Positions 1 through 12,890 of a stretch of DNA of 64,000 bases are shown here, in pieces. This DNA comes from Mustelus asterias (lineage: Eukaryota): the NCBI RefSeq assembly GCF_964213995.1, contig NC_135814.1:75206001-75270000 (forward strand), read 5' to 3'. A program made the translations under genes and the position numbers. Position 1 is the first letter of the stretch. The number at the start of each line of letters is the position of its first letter. The notes beneath the pieces are model-generated. The model did no database searches. It had not been told where the DNA came from and saw only the letters and a list, made by a program, of their open reading frames with translations.

Positions 1-420
1 TTTTCTATGGCCAACCCAGTTCTGTATCCATCTTGCCAGCTCTCCTCTGATCCCGTATGGCTTCACCTTTCGTATCAGTCTACCATGAGGTACCTTGTCA
101 AAGGCTTTACTGAAGTCCATGCATACACATCCTTGCCTTTCCCTCACCTATCATCTTCATCACTTGCTTGAAAAGCTCGATCAAGTTAGTGAGGCACGAC
201 CTCCCTTTCACAAAACCATGCTGTCTATCACTAATAAGTCCATTTGTTTCCAAATGTGAGTAAATCCTGTCCCTAAGAATCTTTTCCAATAATTTCCCTA
301 CCACTGACGTAAAGCTCACCGACCTTATAATTTCCTGGATTATCCCTGTTGCCCTTCTTAAACAATGGAACAACATTGGCTATCTTCCAATCCTCTGGAA
401 CTTCACCTGTAGCCAATGAG
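1..420 (-). mobile_element. CR1-type LINE ORF2 (RT) fragment
   Basis: frameshifted PEDWKIANVVPLFKKG / QHGFVKGRSCLTNL motifs. Confidence 0.9.
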
Positions 421-477
421 GAAAATAGTGTGAGGAGTGTTCCGAAGAATGTGGTTCTTTTTACTTGACCACATCCT

Positions 478-745
478 GGCACAGTGGTTAGTACTGCTAT
501 CCTACAGTGCCAGGGACCCGGGTTCAGTTCCCAGCTTGGGTCACTGTGCGGAGTCTACACATTCTCCCCACATTCTGCGTGGGTTTCCTCCCACAGTCCA
601 AAACATGTGCTGGTTAGGTGCATTGGCTATGCTAAATTCTCCCTCAGTGTACCCAAACAGGCATTGGAGTGCGGCGACTAGAGGATTTTCACAGTAACTT
701 CATTGCATGCAGTGTTAATATCAGGCTACTTGTGACACTACTAAT
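478..745 (+). mobile_element. tRNA-derived SINE (HE1/V-SINE-like head, alternative 3' tail)
   Basis: A box TGGTTAGTACTG, B box GGTTCAGTTCC; tail ...cacagtaacttcattgca...cttgtgacacta. Confidence 0.85.
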
Positions 746-1324
746 ACATTTTTAAAAAATCATGTCTTTGTGCAGTGTGTGTTATTGGCCAAGGTGTGTG
801 CTTTTAATATGCTTTCAAAAATGCATGTATAAATTCTCTAACAGTGGTTATATGTGTCTCTATACAAACAGTACCTTTGTAAATTATATTCCAGGCACTT
901 TGTGACTTCTCTATATTGTATTCACTATGATTTAACCTTCTCTGATCTGTTCGTCTTTTAGTCCCAGGTTATTCTGAACTTGCCCCTTACAATTCCCCGG
1001 TAATGGCAGCCTTGACAGAGCATCTGCACTGCCATGCTTCTCTGACTGCCAGTATCTAATTTCATATGATTAGGTTGACAGAACCAATGCCCATCTCTGG
1101 AAGCATGCTGCCACTATTAATGGTATCCCTATATATGGGCTAAAAGTGGAGGTTAATGGCCTGTGGTCAGTCAGCAGCACTCAGCGCTTGCCATAGAGGA
1201 AATGGGTGAACCTCTTAATGCCCAATGATGCCCAATCCTTTTTTTACGACTTGGGCATAATTCTCCTCCATCTTCGTCAGTGATCTCGATGTGAAAGCGG
1301 TGGGCCTTTCCTCTCCATTCAGTA

Positions 1325-1808
1325 AGATAGAACATAGAAAAAATACGGCACAAACAGGCCCTTCGGCCCACAAGTTGCGCCGGTCATGTCCCTACCTACC
1401 TAGGCTTTTATATAGACTTACCTATAACCCTCAATCCTATTAAGTTCCATGTACTCATCCAGAAGTCTCTTAAAAGACCCTATCGAGTTTGCCTCCACCA
1501 CCACTGACGGCAGCCGATTCCACTCACCCACCACCCTCTGAGTGAAAAACTTACCCCTGACATCTCCTCTGTACCTACTCTCCAGCACCTTAAACCTGTG
1601 TCCTCTCATAGCAGCCATTTCAGCCCTGGGAAAAAGTCTCCGAGAATCCACCCGATCTATACCCCTCAACATCTTGTACACCTCTATCAGGTCACCTCTC
1701 ATCCTTCGTCTCTCCAAGGAGAAAAGACCGAGCTCCCTCAACCTATCCTCATAAGGCATGCCAACCAATCCAGGCAACATCCTTGTCAATCTTCTCTGCA
1801 CCCTTTCA
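1325..1808 (-). mobile_element. CR1/HER1-type LINE 3' end
   Basis: LGLFSLERRRMRGDLIEVYK motif and (TTCTATG)n-like tail. Confidence 0.9.
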
Positions 1809-3628
1809 ATAAGATGTGCGACAAACAGCGCCAACTTGCCAACTGTAGGGGCAACCTTTCAATTGAGACTCATTCTCTGGTCCAGGGACCTTCATGATGG
1901 TCTCCATCTTTTTGGGTGCCTTTTATAGCCTCTCACCATCAATTACACTGTGTTGTCCCTACTACATATAGTAGCAACTCTGTATATTGATCCCTTAGCT
2001 GTAATGTAGTCTTGGCAGGCTTCAATGGCAGTGCCCTTAAACTCCTCCTTATAGACAGATTCAGAAATCAGAGACACTGCTGCCCTTGTATCCACCACCA
2101 TCTTTACTGTCTTACCCTCTAATTTGGGAAGAGCCCAGAAATGATCAACTTCACCCCAGACCAACAGAATGTTTAACTAAAACTCTGCTGTCTCTGGGTC
2201 TTCTGCAGACCCAGTTGACTCCCTGTCTTCCCCCTGGCTGACATCATGTATCTTGTGCCCTGTCTTTTGAATTGTTTCTTTTTGACTCCCCTTCTCTTAT
2301 TTGGGCTAAACCCAGCAATTTTGAGCAATGTGGCCCACTCGCTTACATTTGTGGCACTGGTCTTCTCAAGTCCGAACACGTTGACACCTTGTGGTCAAAC
2401 TTGCCACATCAGCGGCAATCTTTGGTTGGTGCCACACTCTGCTGAGCTTTTGCTACTTTATGCACTGGGGCAGCGACACCCAACTGTGTTGCTTCACTGG
2501 TGACTACCTCCATCAAGCTGGCAATTTCAAAGACTGCCTTGAAATCCAGATTTCTCCTTGTTAATAGTTTCTGTTGAATGGTTTAATGTCAGAGGCCATA
2601 AACCAAATGGTTTTGCAAGACATCCTGAAGAAACCCTCCGAATTCACAATGTTCCGCTAGCCTCTTTAAAGCAGCCACAAATTGGGCGAAGGACTCTCCT
2701 TCAAATGTTCTGCGATCATCAGCTTTGATGCAAAATGACTTTCCAACACTTCACATAGTTCTCCATCGGTTTCTCTGGTTGCACCAGACTCCTTAGGGTC
2801 GCAAAGATCTTGTTCCTGGTGGTACTCAAGAAAACTGGCACCATTATGTCTTCAGCCACTTTGTTTGCCTTCAAGTATGAATTAAATGTTCGGTGTACAG
2901 AATCCAACTTTCTGTCTCTTCGTAAAATGGACCAATTGCTCCAAATTGGCACGCCATTTTGTTTTCCCACCGGTAGGAATTTTCCCGCCATTTGAGTCTA
3001 AGTAGGTGGTAGTTGCTTGCAGCCTGAGTCTCCTTGGTTAATGCTGTCCATGCTGGCTGTCCCTCACTGACTGTGCTGTTGATCCATTTTCTATGCATCG
3101 ACCGCAGCCTGAGTCCCCTCAGGACCACTCTCCGCGATGATTTCAGTAAGCTCCCAGGTGAGTACTTGTCGTTTTTTCCAGCTGTTGGTTGCAGCCTGAT
3201 TCCCCTCACAATCGCTGCTTCCAGTGCACTCCCTGGTGAGTACTCTTCTTCCCCCACATCGACTGCAGCCCGAATCCCCTCGGGACTGCTTTCTTTGGTG
3301 TTTTGATCTGTTCTTCAGCAAGTCTACCACACTACCTCCTCAATCTCACACCGTTTTTGAAGTCCAGGCAGTGTTCGATCTCCTCCCCTTTCTTCCGAAA
3401 AATGGCGGTAGCACACAGTTTGTGGGCCATGACTCAGCCTCATCACCAGTTATTACGTTTAAGTCTAATTATAAGTTATAAAAAGACATGCAAAACTTAA
3501 ACAAGGAACAGTTTATTGTAGGTCTTTGGAGCTACACGGTCAGACCCAGACTGACTCCCTACATCCATGAGTCACCTAACCCACTCTCTTAAAGGGGCAG
3601 CATGCACCCCTAAACTACATACAGAACA
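1809..3628 (-). mobile_element. degenerate Gypsy/Ty3 LTR retrotransposon (LTR-PBS-gag-protease)
   Basis: gag-like FGAIGPFYEETESWILY / LRSLVQPEKP; aspartic protease-like KMVVDTRAAVSLISE; PBS-like TGGTGATGAGG near 3448. Confidence 0.7.
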
Positions 3629-3789
3629 ATATCCAAATACGTATTTATATGAAATAAATAGATATAACTCAATACCATGAAAATGTATTGCAAAGTATTT
3701 GTAAACAAAATTCTGAAAATCTTGTAGAACTGCCATCTTATATATTATGCTTTAATTCTCACATTATTACATACAAAACTTACAACCAG

Positions 3790-4720
3790 CTGGAGTTTTT
3801 TTGAGAGTGTAACGAGCAGAATAGATAAGTGAGAACCTGTGGATGTGGTGTATTTGGATTTTCAAAAACTTTAAATAAAGTCCCACATAAGAGGTTCATA
3901 TGCAAAATTAAAGTGCAATGGGGATGAGATAATATATTGGCATGAGTTGAGAATTGGTTAGCAGACAGGAAACAGAGAGTAGGAATAAATGGATCTTTTT
4001 CAGGCGGTCACTAGTTGGGTACCGCAAGGATCAATGCTTGGGCCCCAGCTATTCATAACATATATCAATGATTTGGATGAGAGAACAAATGTAATATTTC
4101 CAAGTTTGCTAATAAGAACAAAGAAAATTACAGCATAGGAACAGACCCTTCGGCTCTCCAAGCCTGCACTGACCACGTTGCCCGACTGAACTGAAACCCC
4201 CTATTCTACTGGGGACTATTTCCCTCCATTCCCATCCTATTCATGTACTTGTCAAGACACCCCTTAAAAGTCACTATCGTATCTGCTTCCACTACGTCCC
4301 CCGGCAGCAAGTTCCAGGTTACGCACCACCCTCTGTATAAAAACTTGCCTCGTACATCTCCTTTAAACCTATGCTCCCTAGTAATTGACTCTTCCGCCCT
4401 GGGAAAAAGCTTCTGACTATCCACTCTGTCCATGGCCCTCATAATCTTGTGGACTTCTATCAGGTCACCCCTCAACCTCCGTCGTTCCAGTGAGAACAAA
4501 CCAAGTTTCTCCAACCTCTCCTCAGAGCTAATGACATGACATTTAAGGTGGGACTGTGAGTGATGGGGAGGATGTTAAGAGGCTTCAAAGTGATTTAGAC
4601 AAATTGAGTGAAAATGCTATAAAGGGATATGAAACAAAGTTGGTTAAATCGAGTTGAGGTAGAATTGAGATCAGCCATCTTCTAATTAAATGGTGGGACA
4701 TGCTGTGCATGGTGATGTAA
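3790..4720. mobile_element. plus-strand CR1 RT fragment interrupted by a minus-strand CR1 3' end (4114-4526)
   Basis: RT motifs on plus strand; insert flanked by GCTAAT duplication (4108-4113, 4527-4532). Confidence 0.8.
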
Positions 4721-6169
4721 CTGGACAGCAAGAAATATAAGCAAGCATTCAACGACTGTTTCCCTGACAACAATCAATATACCTACATTTCAAAACGCCA
4801 TGCATCAAAACATTGCTACCAAGTTATGGGTTAACAGCTTATTGTCAATGAAAATGTTTTTAACGTATAATGTTAGAATGTAAGAAAGTCCCTGATGCTT
4901 TTTCTTATTCTTGGTACTTTGTAGTTGTATCCGTATCTTTATATACTTAAAAATAGATTGAAGCCTATTTGGTTACAAATCTACAAATGAGAATTGCTTC
5001 AAAATATCTTGTAGAGAGTCAATTGTCTCATTGTAAAGCATTTGTAACTCCCTTTTGTTCATACTTGTGTATTCTTTGGTACTTCTGCCCTCCAAATGTG
5101 ACATTCTGAAAGTACTATTCAGGCAGGTTTTAATTCATTCACTCTTAAAATTTAATAGAGGCTTTATAAAGGATGCACAGGTAACCAAAGCAGTCTTTTA
5201 AATAGATATCATCTATATTAGCTTGGTATACTCTTGCATGTAAATCAATGATTCAACCACCTTGGTGAATTTGCAAGGTGAGCTATCCTCCATTGGGTTG
5301 GTGTGATTTGGTTAACTGGGTTACAATCTTCATCACAGTGGTGGACCACCTGTGACCCGGGCGCCACAAGGCCCATTAGGTTTCTGAATGTGGCCCACAA
5401 GACATTTTATTAACTTTGCCCATGTGCAGAGTTGCCACATTCCACTGGTTTTCATCCACGTAACTTTTTTCCCGATCAGGATAATTGAAGTGATAAGCCG
5501 TAAAACAAGGACATGCGATGTGAAGTGTGTGCTGATTTCACACAATGTTGACTTGTCGAGCCATACACTCCATCTGTGTCCAATCAAGCATATTTATTTT
5601 GTTTTCACCACTTGAAGTTGATATTTTTATTAATATGTATTCAGCATATTCAATCTTATTCAAGGGTCTCAAGCTGGATTTCAATCTTGCCGCCCACTGA
5701 GATGAAGGAGAGGCACTCATGCAGCCCAATCACTAACCTAGGTTAGTGCCTATCACTGCTTTATCAGATTTAACTTAATCAAGTCCTTGATCTCAGCTTT
5801 CATTTGCAAGATATTTACCTCAAATGACAACATGATTTTTGGAATTCAGTCTCTATCCATTGCTGAAAGAAGTCCTTCAGAAAATATAACGTATGTCAAT
5901 GGTATAAGAGTGTTATGATTTTATTGCCAAACTGGTCCTTTCTAAGGTATTTGGCAATTTTCTTAATATACTTAATTTCGCAAAATACCTTCTGAGAGTC
6001 AGGATGATATCCAAGTAGCTGACAGCATAGTAACCAGTTCAAATAACTATGCCCTCTCTTGTGGAAGCTTAATTGCCTTGAACACTGTGTGGCATCATCC
6101 CTCTGCACATTGCCCCTGGGATGCCTGTGGTGGGGAAGAGACCATTGTCCACCACCTCTGGAATGAGTC

Positions 6170-7490
6170 TTTGCAGAGCAGGTCTGGAAAAGAAATGTTC
6201 TGGTTTTGACCAAGCTGTTCCAGTGCAGCTACAACACTGGCATTTACCTGATAATGTGGAAAATTGCCCAGGTATGTACTTTATCTATGCTTTATCTCAA
6301 ATGACAACACAATTTATGGAATTTCAGTCTCTATCCAAGCATTCCAATCTCGCCAATTACCATCCATCAGCAAAAAGTGATGGAAGCTGTCATTGACAGT
6401 GCTATAAATAACCTACTCACTGATGCTCAGTTCGTGTTTTGCCAGGGCCACTTGGCTCTTGAACCCAAACCCTGATGCAAACATAGAGCTCAAGAGGGAA
6501 AGTGAGAGTGATTGCCTTTGACCTCAAGCTGAATTTGACTGAGTGTGGCATCAAGGAGCCCTCACAACATTGAAGTCAATGGGAGTCAGAGAGAAAATTC
6601 TCTACTGTTTGTGGAGTCATACCTAGTACAAAGATATTATACACCATCTGCCACCTTGTTGCCCACTCACAAACCATCCAGAGATCTTTGCAGCCTTTTT
6701 GTGCCACCTTCACAGCTTGCATTTCCACCAAATTAGATACATTACTCTCTGTCACTTCAGCTAACTCATTAATATAGTTTGTAAATAGTTGAGGCCATTA
6801 GACCTTTGGGATCTGTTGGATTTTAGTTGCTTCAGTTTCTCCAGTACTTTTTTCTGCTGCTATTTTATCCACTATTACTTCTATGTAACTCCTATGACAG
6901 ATACAAACTAGTTGTTTAATTCCTCTGCCATTTCCTGATTCCCTATGATTTTTCCTGTCTGCTCCTGAGGTTCCCCACCCAGGATACATTCTGTGCTGTC
7001 ACTCTCAGTGCTTTTGATGTTGAACTAGTGTTCAACGTGAGAGTCCGGATTCATCAGCTGAGGAAAGGTTGTCAGTCGGTGAAAATCAGCTGGTGTTTCC
7101 TTGCCAATGTTTGACCTGATGCCATGAGATTTCATGGAGTCTGAAATCAATGTTGAGGACTCCCAAGGCAACTCCCTCCTCACCATGTCACCATCTCTGG
7201 TGGATCTGTCCTACTGCTGGGACAAGGCACATTCAGTGATGACAATGTTTGGGACATTGTCTGTAAGGCATGATTCAGTGAACTATTTCAGGCTGTTGCT
7301 TGACTAGGCTTTGGGACCAATCTTCCAATTTCACACACATCCCCAGGTGTTCGTATAGAGGACTTTTCAGGGTCAAAAGAGCTGGATGTGCTGTCGTTTC
7401 CTGTACCTAGGTTGATGCTTTTTGACTTGAGTGGATTAGTACAACTGAGTGCCTTTCTTTGAGTCAACCACATTGCTTTGGGACTGAAGG
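6170..7490. mobile_element. old non-LTR retrotransposon fragments in mixed orientation
   Basis: degenerate RT motifs (TTTGACtgaGTGTGGCATCAAGG, FDxVWH-like); related pieces at 28800-29390 and 61900-62095. Confidence 0.6.
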
Positions 7491-7739
7491 CACAGGTAGG
7501 TCAGACCAGGTAAGGGCCCAGATTTCATTCCCTAAAGAGCATTTGTGTACCTGATGGTTTTTCATGATAACAATGATGGTGACCATTACTGAGACTAGAT
7601 TTGTTAATTGAGTTTAAATTGCACCAGTTATGGTAGGATTTTAACCCATGTTTCCAGGCATTAGCCTGGGCCTCTGGATTACTAGTCCAGTAACATTGCC
7701 ACCACCTCCACTTGCAAAAAGATAAGCAAAATATTTTTG

Positions 7740-9950
7740 AAAAGGCATGAAATTTGTGAAGTTGATATTCAGTACTCATACAAGGAGCATAAAGGTAGCA
7801 TGCAGGTACAGCAAGCAATTAGGAAGGCAAATATCTTGATGGCTATTTTTATCATGGGATTGGAGTACAGGAATAAAGTAGCCACTACTGTACAAGGCTT
7901 TTGAGAGACCACATCTGGAAGACAGCGTGCAGATTGGATCTCCATAGTTAAGGAAGAAAATATTTGCATTAGCAGCAGTACAGTGAAGGTTCATTAGATT
8001 GGTCTGTGCGATGTCCTAAATGAGGGGCTGACTAAATTGGGTCTATATACTCTGGAATTTATAAGATTGAATGGCAATCTCATTAAAACATACAGGATCA
8101 TGAGGGAGATTGACTCTGAGCAGTTGTTTCCAGTGGCGAAAGAATTTAGAACAGAAGTTTAGAACAGAGAGATCTTGGGGTCCATATCCACAGATCTCTA
8201 AAGGTTGCCACTCAAGTGGATAGAGCTGTGAAGAAGGCCTATAGTGCTTTTATTAACAGGGGGTTGGAGTTTAAGAGCCGTGGGGTTATGCTGCAACTGT
8301 ACAGGGCCTTGGTGAGACCACATTTGGAATATTGTGTGCCGTTCTGGTCACCTCACTATAAGAAGGATGTGGAAGCGCTGGAAAGAGTGCAGAGGAGATT
8401 TACCAGGATGCTGCCTGGTTTGGAGGGTAGGTCTTATGAGGAAAGGTTGAGGGAGCTAGGGCTGTTCTCTCTGGAGCGGAGGAGGCTGAGGGGAGACTTA
8501 ATAGAGGTTTATAAAATGATGAAGGGGATAGATAGAGTGAACGTTCAAAGACTATTTCCTCGGGTGGATGGAGCTATTACAAGGGGGCATAACTATAGGG
8601 TTCGTGGTGGGAGATATAGGAAGGATATCAGAGGTAGGTTCTTTACGCAGAGTGGTTGGGGTGTGGAATGGACTGCCTGCAGTGATAGTGGAGTCAGACA
8701 CTTTAGGAACATTTAAGCGGTTATTGGATAGGCACATGGATCACACCAGGATGATAGGGAGTGGGATAGCTTGATCTTGGTTTCAGATAAAGCTCAGCAC
8801 AACATCGTGGGCCGAAGGGCCTGTTCTGTGCTGTACTGTTCTATGTTCTAGAAGTGCCCAAAACGTCAATCGTGGTCAACCAGGAGCTAATTTCCAGTTG
8901 ACTGTGTGCTTTCCATCAGTGTGCGCTTTCCATCAGTGTACACTTTCTGCACACTGCCCATTTGCTGAACTGGCACATGCACAGAACCAGCGCATGCACG
9001 GTGTGCACTTTCTGCACATGCACAGAGCCAACACAGTGTGCACTTTTAAATATGAGGGCATTATGAAATGTTAAAAACAGAATAATGGTTAAGAACCTGA
9101 ACCAATATATGATGATCTACAGATAGAAATCATTCAACAGCCTTCACTCAGATAGCATATTTAATATAGCAAATTACCCCAGGGGGTTCATACCAACGTA
9201 ATCAGGCAAAAATGAACACCAAACCAGAGGATATACCAGGCTGACTTAGTGGGTTTTAACCAGGGTAGTGGTAAAATATATAAAGTTGACCTTTGTCTGT
9301 CGAGCTGCCAGATGGGGGTAGGGTTGAGAGAAAATGGTGTTGAAGTAGGTCGGCCATGATCTCATGAAATGGCAAAGCAGACTTTACTAATGAACATTAG
9401 GGGAAGAAATCTTTTAATAGCATGCAAGAATGTTCGTGGTGCCTTTTTTTTAGCCATAGACAGGTGGTATAAGGCTATATGGTGCAACATATTTGAATGC
9501 CTCTGTGAGGGAACGTGCGAAGACCGTGCTGGTGGATCATGTTAGGATGACATCACAGTAACTTCATTGCAGTGTTAATGTAAGCCTTGCTTGTGACTAA
9601 TAAATAAACTTTAACTTTTAAACAAGTAACTCTCAAGTCACTAGTCTGGACACCCCTGATCTAGAATATAGGGACGCATGCTTCGGGTAAGGAGATGATC
9701 ATTTAAGACTGAGACAAAAAGAAATTTCTTCACTTCAAGAGTTGTGAATCATTGGAATTTCCGACCCCAGTGAATTGTGGATGCTTCATTATTGAATATA
9801 TTAAAGGCTGAAAGAGACAGGTGTCTAGTCTCTCAGGAAATCAGGGGCTATGTGAAACAAGTTGGAAACTGGAGTTGAAGCCAAAGATCAGCCATGATCT
9901 TACTGAATGGCAATTCAGGCTTATGATTCACTCCTGCTCCTATTTCCAAA
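7740..9950 (+). mobile_element. old CR1 fragment split by a hAT-type non-autonomous element (8152-9658) that itself holds a younger CR1 3' end (8159-8849)
   Basis: 8-bp TSD ATTTAGAA/ATCTAGAA; TIR CAGAAGTGCCCAAAAC versus CAGGGGTGTCCAGAC; inner TSD AGAAGT. Confidence 0.75.
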
Positions 9951-10211
9951 GTTACTCTGAGACCAGAGTTAGAAAAGTGCAGGGTTGTAAGACTGGAAGA
10001 GACAGCGAGAAGCAAGGGATTTGAAAAGGCGTAGGATTCTAAAAATCAAGGTGTTGCTTAACTGGGAGCCCAAGTAGATCAGCAAGCATGGGAATGATGG
10101 GTGAGAGAGATTCAGGATGTGAGTGAAGATTTGGATAAGAGTTTTGGATCATCTAACATGGGAGGATCCCAGAAGTGAATTGGAAGTCAAATCCAGAGGT
10201 AAAAAAGACAT

Positions 10212-11243
10212 GGGGGGGGGGGGGATTTTAACACTTTTTTTCTACCTGCTGGGTGGATTTGAAACTGGGAGACTTTCAGATCCATCCTTTGGCCGTGTTT
10301 TCAGCCCCCCCCCCCATATGCACTCTGCCTGCAAAACTATCAGCAAGCCGGTTGCTCGGTGCAGAAGCTTGTGGGCAGGGCTTAACGCACCCGAAACCCT
10401 GCAGATGGAGGTAGTGTGAATTTGCAGGCCTCTGATGCTGCACATGCATATTAGCAGTAGCAGGGGTCTGACAAAGAGAGAGCTGTCTGGAGCCTGCTAG
10501 TGCAGGCTGCCCGAAGCAGCTGCCCCCCTGCAATCGCAGGGGGTGCAGCCTTGCCAAAACCCCCCGCCACCCAGAGCGATCGCGGACCTGCCACCCTTCC
10601 CCCACCAATCGCTAGAGTGGCTGCAGTCCCCCCTCTCTGTACCCCCCCTCCACCAATCTCTGCAGAGTGGTAGCGGGACCCCACTCCTTCCCTCCCACCG
10701 ATCCCTGCAGATTGACAGCAGGCTCCCTCTCCCTCCCTCAACTGATCCTTGCAGAGTGGAAACAGTCCCCCTCTCCATTAGCCCCACCCTCTGGCACTGC
10801 CCGGTGGGCATTTCGCAGGTGCCAGGGTGGCATTGCCCAGGTGCCAGGATGCCACTGCCTGAGGGGCACCCCTCTTGCCCTCAGCCTCCCCAGGGGGGTT
10901 CAATGGCCCCTGGTTCCACTGGCGAGGCCAAGTCGACTGTTCCCCATTCAAAATCTAATCCTTACTGGCGCGAACCTTTCCCGGTGAGGTCAAAAAGGGG
11001 GACGGACACGGATGATTAAGCGCCAAGCTCACTAAGCAGATGTAAAACTAAATGTAAACATTTCCATATATTAATCTGCCTCCCGCCCATTTCCAGCACA
11101 AAGCTACCTGCGCCGGAAATCCGGTGCTCGTAAAATGGAGCTGGTCTCGAAAACTGATGCCAATCGCACTAAGCGTTTGACACCCGACTTTACCATCATG
11201 TCACACCCAAAAATGGGTGCAACATAATGGTAAAATCGACCCC
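10212..11243. mobile_element. GC-rich non-autonomous TIR element (MITE-like)
   Basis: ends GGGGGGATTTTAACA and reverse complement GGGGTCGATTTTACCA; sharp GC step against AT-rich flanks; related copy at 50362-51197. Confidence 0.6.
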
Positions 11244-11551
11244 ATGAAATGAGAATTTCAGCAGAGGAACTGAGTCAGGGGTTGAGTTGGTTGACATTGC
11301 AAAGATGAAAATTGGAGGTAGCATGGATATTGTCAGAAGATCATTTCAGGAACAAACATGAGACCAAGCTTGTGAACAGCCCAAGGGTGTCCCAAAGCAA
11401 TTAACAACCAATTAAGCACTTTTTAAAGTGTAACTACTTAGAAAAGTAATAAATGTGATAGCCAATTTGTGCACAGCAAGATCCCGCAAATATCAATAAT
11501 GATCAGATAATCTATTATACTGGTGTTGGTTTTAAGATAAATACCTAAATA

Positions 11552-11846
11552 CACTGTAATCTTCCAAGTCTGGAATTTTTGGGATCAAGTCCTCTCTGGA
11601 TTTCAGAATTTTTTGGATTACAGAATGCTACAATACCCAACCACGAGAGAGAACTGGAAAACACCATAAATATTTAAATACAAATCAGCGGTAAAACATT
11701 ATAAAGCAGTAATAAAATGGTTGACCTTATTCAAATGCCAATTATCTTCGATTTGTTCTAGTGCACAAACAGTCTGAGTTGCTTGGGTCTGCTAAATAAA
11801 ACATTCTTTCTGAATAATAAATTTCTGGAATGGAGGGATTACAGTG
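11552..11846. mobile_element. Tc1/mariner (Tigger-like) MITE
   Basis: TA|CACTGTAATCTTCCAAGTCTGGAATT ... AATTTCTGGAATGGAGGGATTACAGTG; imperfect TIR of about 26 bp. Confidence 0.65.
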
Positions 11847-11989
11847 AATGAAGAACAACTTCCCTGCTCTTCAAAGTAGTTTCATCGTGATGTTTTATGT
11901 CCACATGAAGGCAGAAGTGGCATTGGCTTAACATCTCATCTGAAAGATGGTACTTCTGACGATATCTCATACTGCACTGGTGTCTCATC

Positions 11990-12890
11990 ATAAGACCAAG
12001 GACCATAGGAGCAGAATTAGGCCACTCGGCCCATCAAGTCTGCTCCGCCATTCAAATCATGGCTGATATTTTTTTCATCTCCATTCTCCTGCCATTTTCC
12101 CATAACCCCGGATCCCCTTACTATTCAAGAACCTATTTATCTCAGTCTTAGAGACACTCAATGACCTGCCCTCCACAGCCTTCTGCGGCAAAGAGTTCCA
12201 AAGATTCACCATTCTCTGGCTGAAGAAATTCCTCCTCATCTGTTTTAAAGGATCATCCCTTTAGCCCGAGGTTGTGCCCTCTGGTTCTAGTTTTTCCTAC
12301 CAGTGGAAACATCCTCTCCAGTCCACTCTATCCAGGCGTCACAGTATCCAGTAAATTTCAATAAGATCCCCCCTCATCCTTCTAAACTCCAATGAGTACA
12401 GACCCAGAGACCTCAACTGTTCCTCATACGACAAGCTCTTCATTTCAGGAATCATTCTTGTGAACCTCCTTTGGATCCCTTCCGAGGCCAGCACATCCTT
12501 CCTTAGATATGGGGCCCAAAACTGCTCACAATACTCCAAATGGGGTCTGACCAGAGTCTTATACAGCCTCAGAAGTACATCCCTGCTCTTGTAATTCTAG
12601 CCCTCTCGACATGAATGCTAACATTGTATTTGCCTTCCTAACTGCCAATTGAACCTGCACATGAACCTTAAGAGAATCTTGAACAAGGACTCCCAAGTCC
12701 CTTTGTGTTTCTGATTTCCTAAGCATTTTCCCATTCAGAAAATAGTCTATGCTTCCATTCCTCCTTCCAAAGTGCATAACCTCACACTTTTCCACATTGT
12801 ATTCCATCTGCCACTTCTTTGCCCACTCTCCTAACCTGTCCAGGTCCTTCTGCAGCCCCCCTGCTTCCTCAATACTACCCGTCCCTCACC
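11990..12890 (-). mobile_element. 5'-truncated CR1 LINE
   Basis: MEYNVEKCEVMHFGR and LGLYSLEFRRMRGDLIE motifs; same subfamily as 39680-41005. Confidence 0.9.

Noticed and set aside
478-560. tRNA-like A/B boxes as tRNA genes (here and in the other SINE heads)
   Set aside because: They are tRNA-derived SINE heads followed by SINE core and tail, not cloverleaf tRNA genes
5336-5400. hAT-like left end CAGTGGTGGACCACCTG...GGCCC as the partner of the TIR at 9658
   Set aside because: No matching 8-bp TSD; the 9658 end pairs better with 8152, so this is an isolated relic
8900-9050. Short direct repeats superficially like a CRISPR array
   Set aside because: Vertebrate DNA, no unique spacers of regular length and no cas genes; these are local duplications within the hAT-type element
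10276-11019. Several 95-160 aa ORFs in GC-rich patches (also 50496-50979)
   Set aside because: Low stop frequency in GC-rich repeat DNA; overlapping on both strands; no recognisable domain
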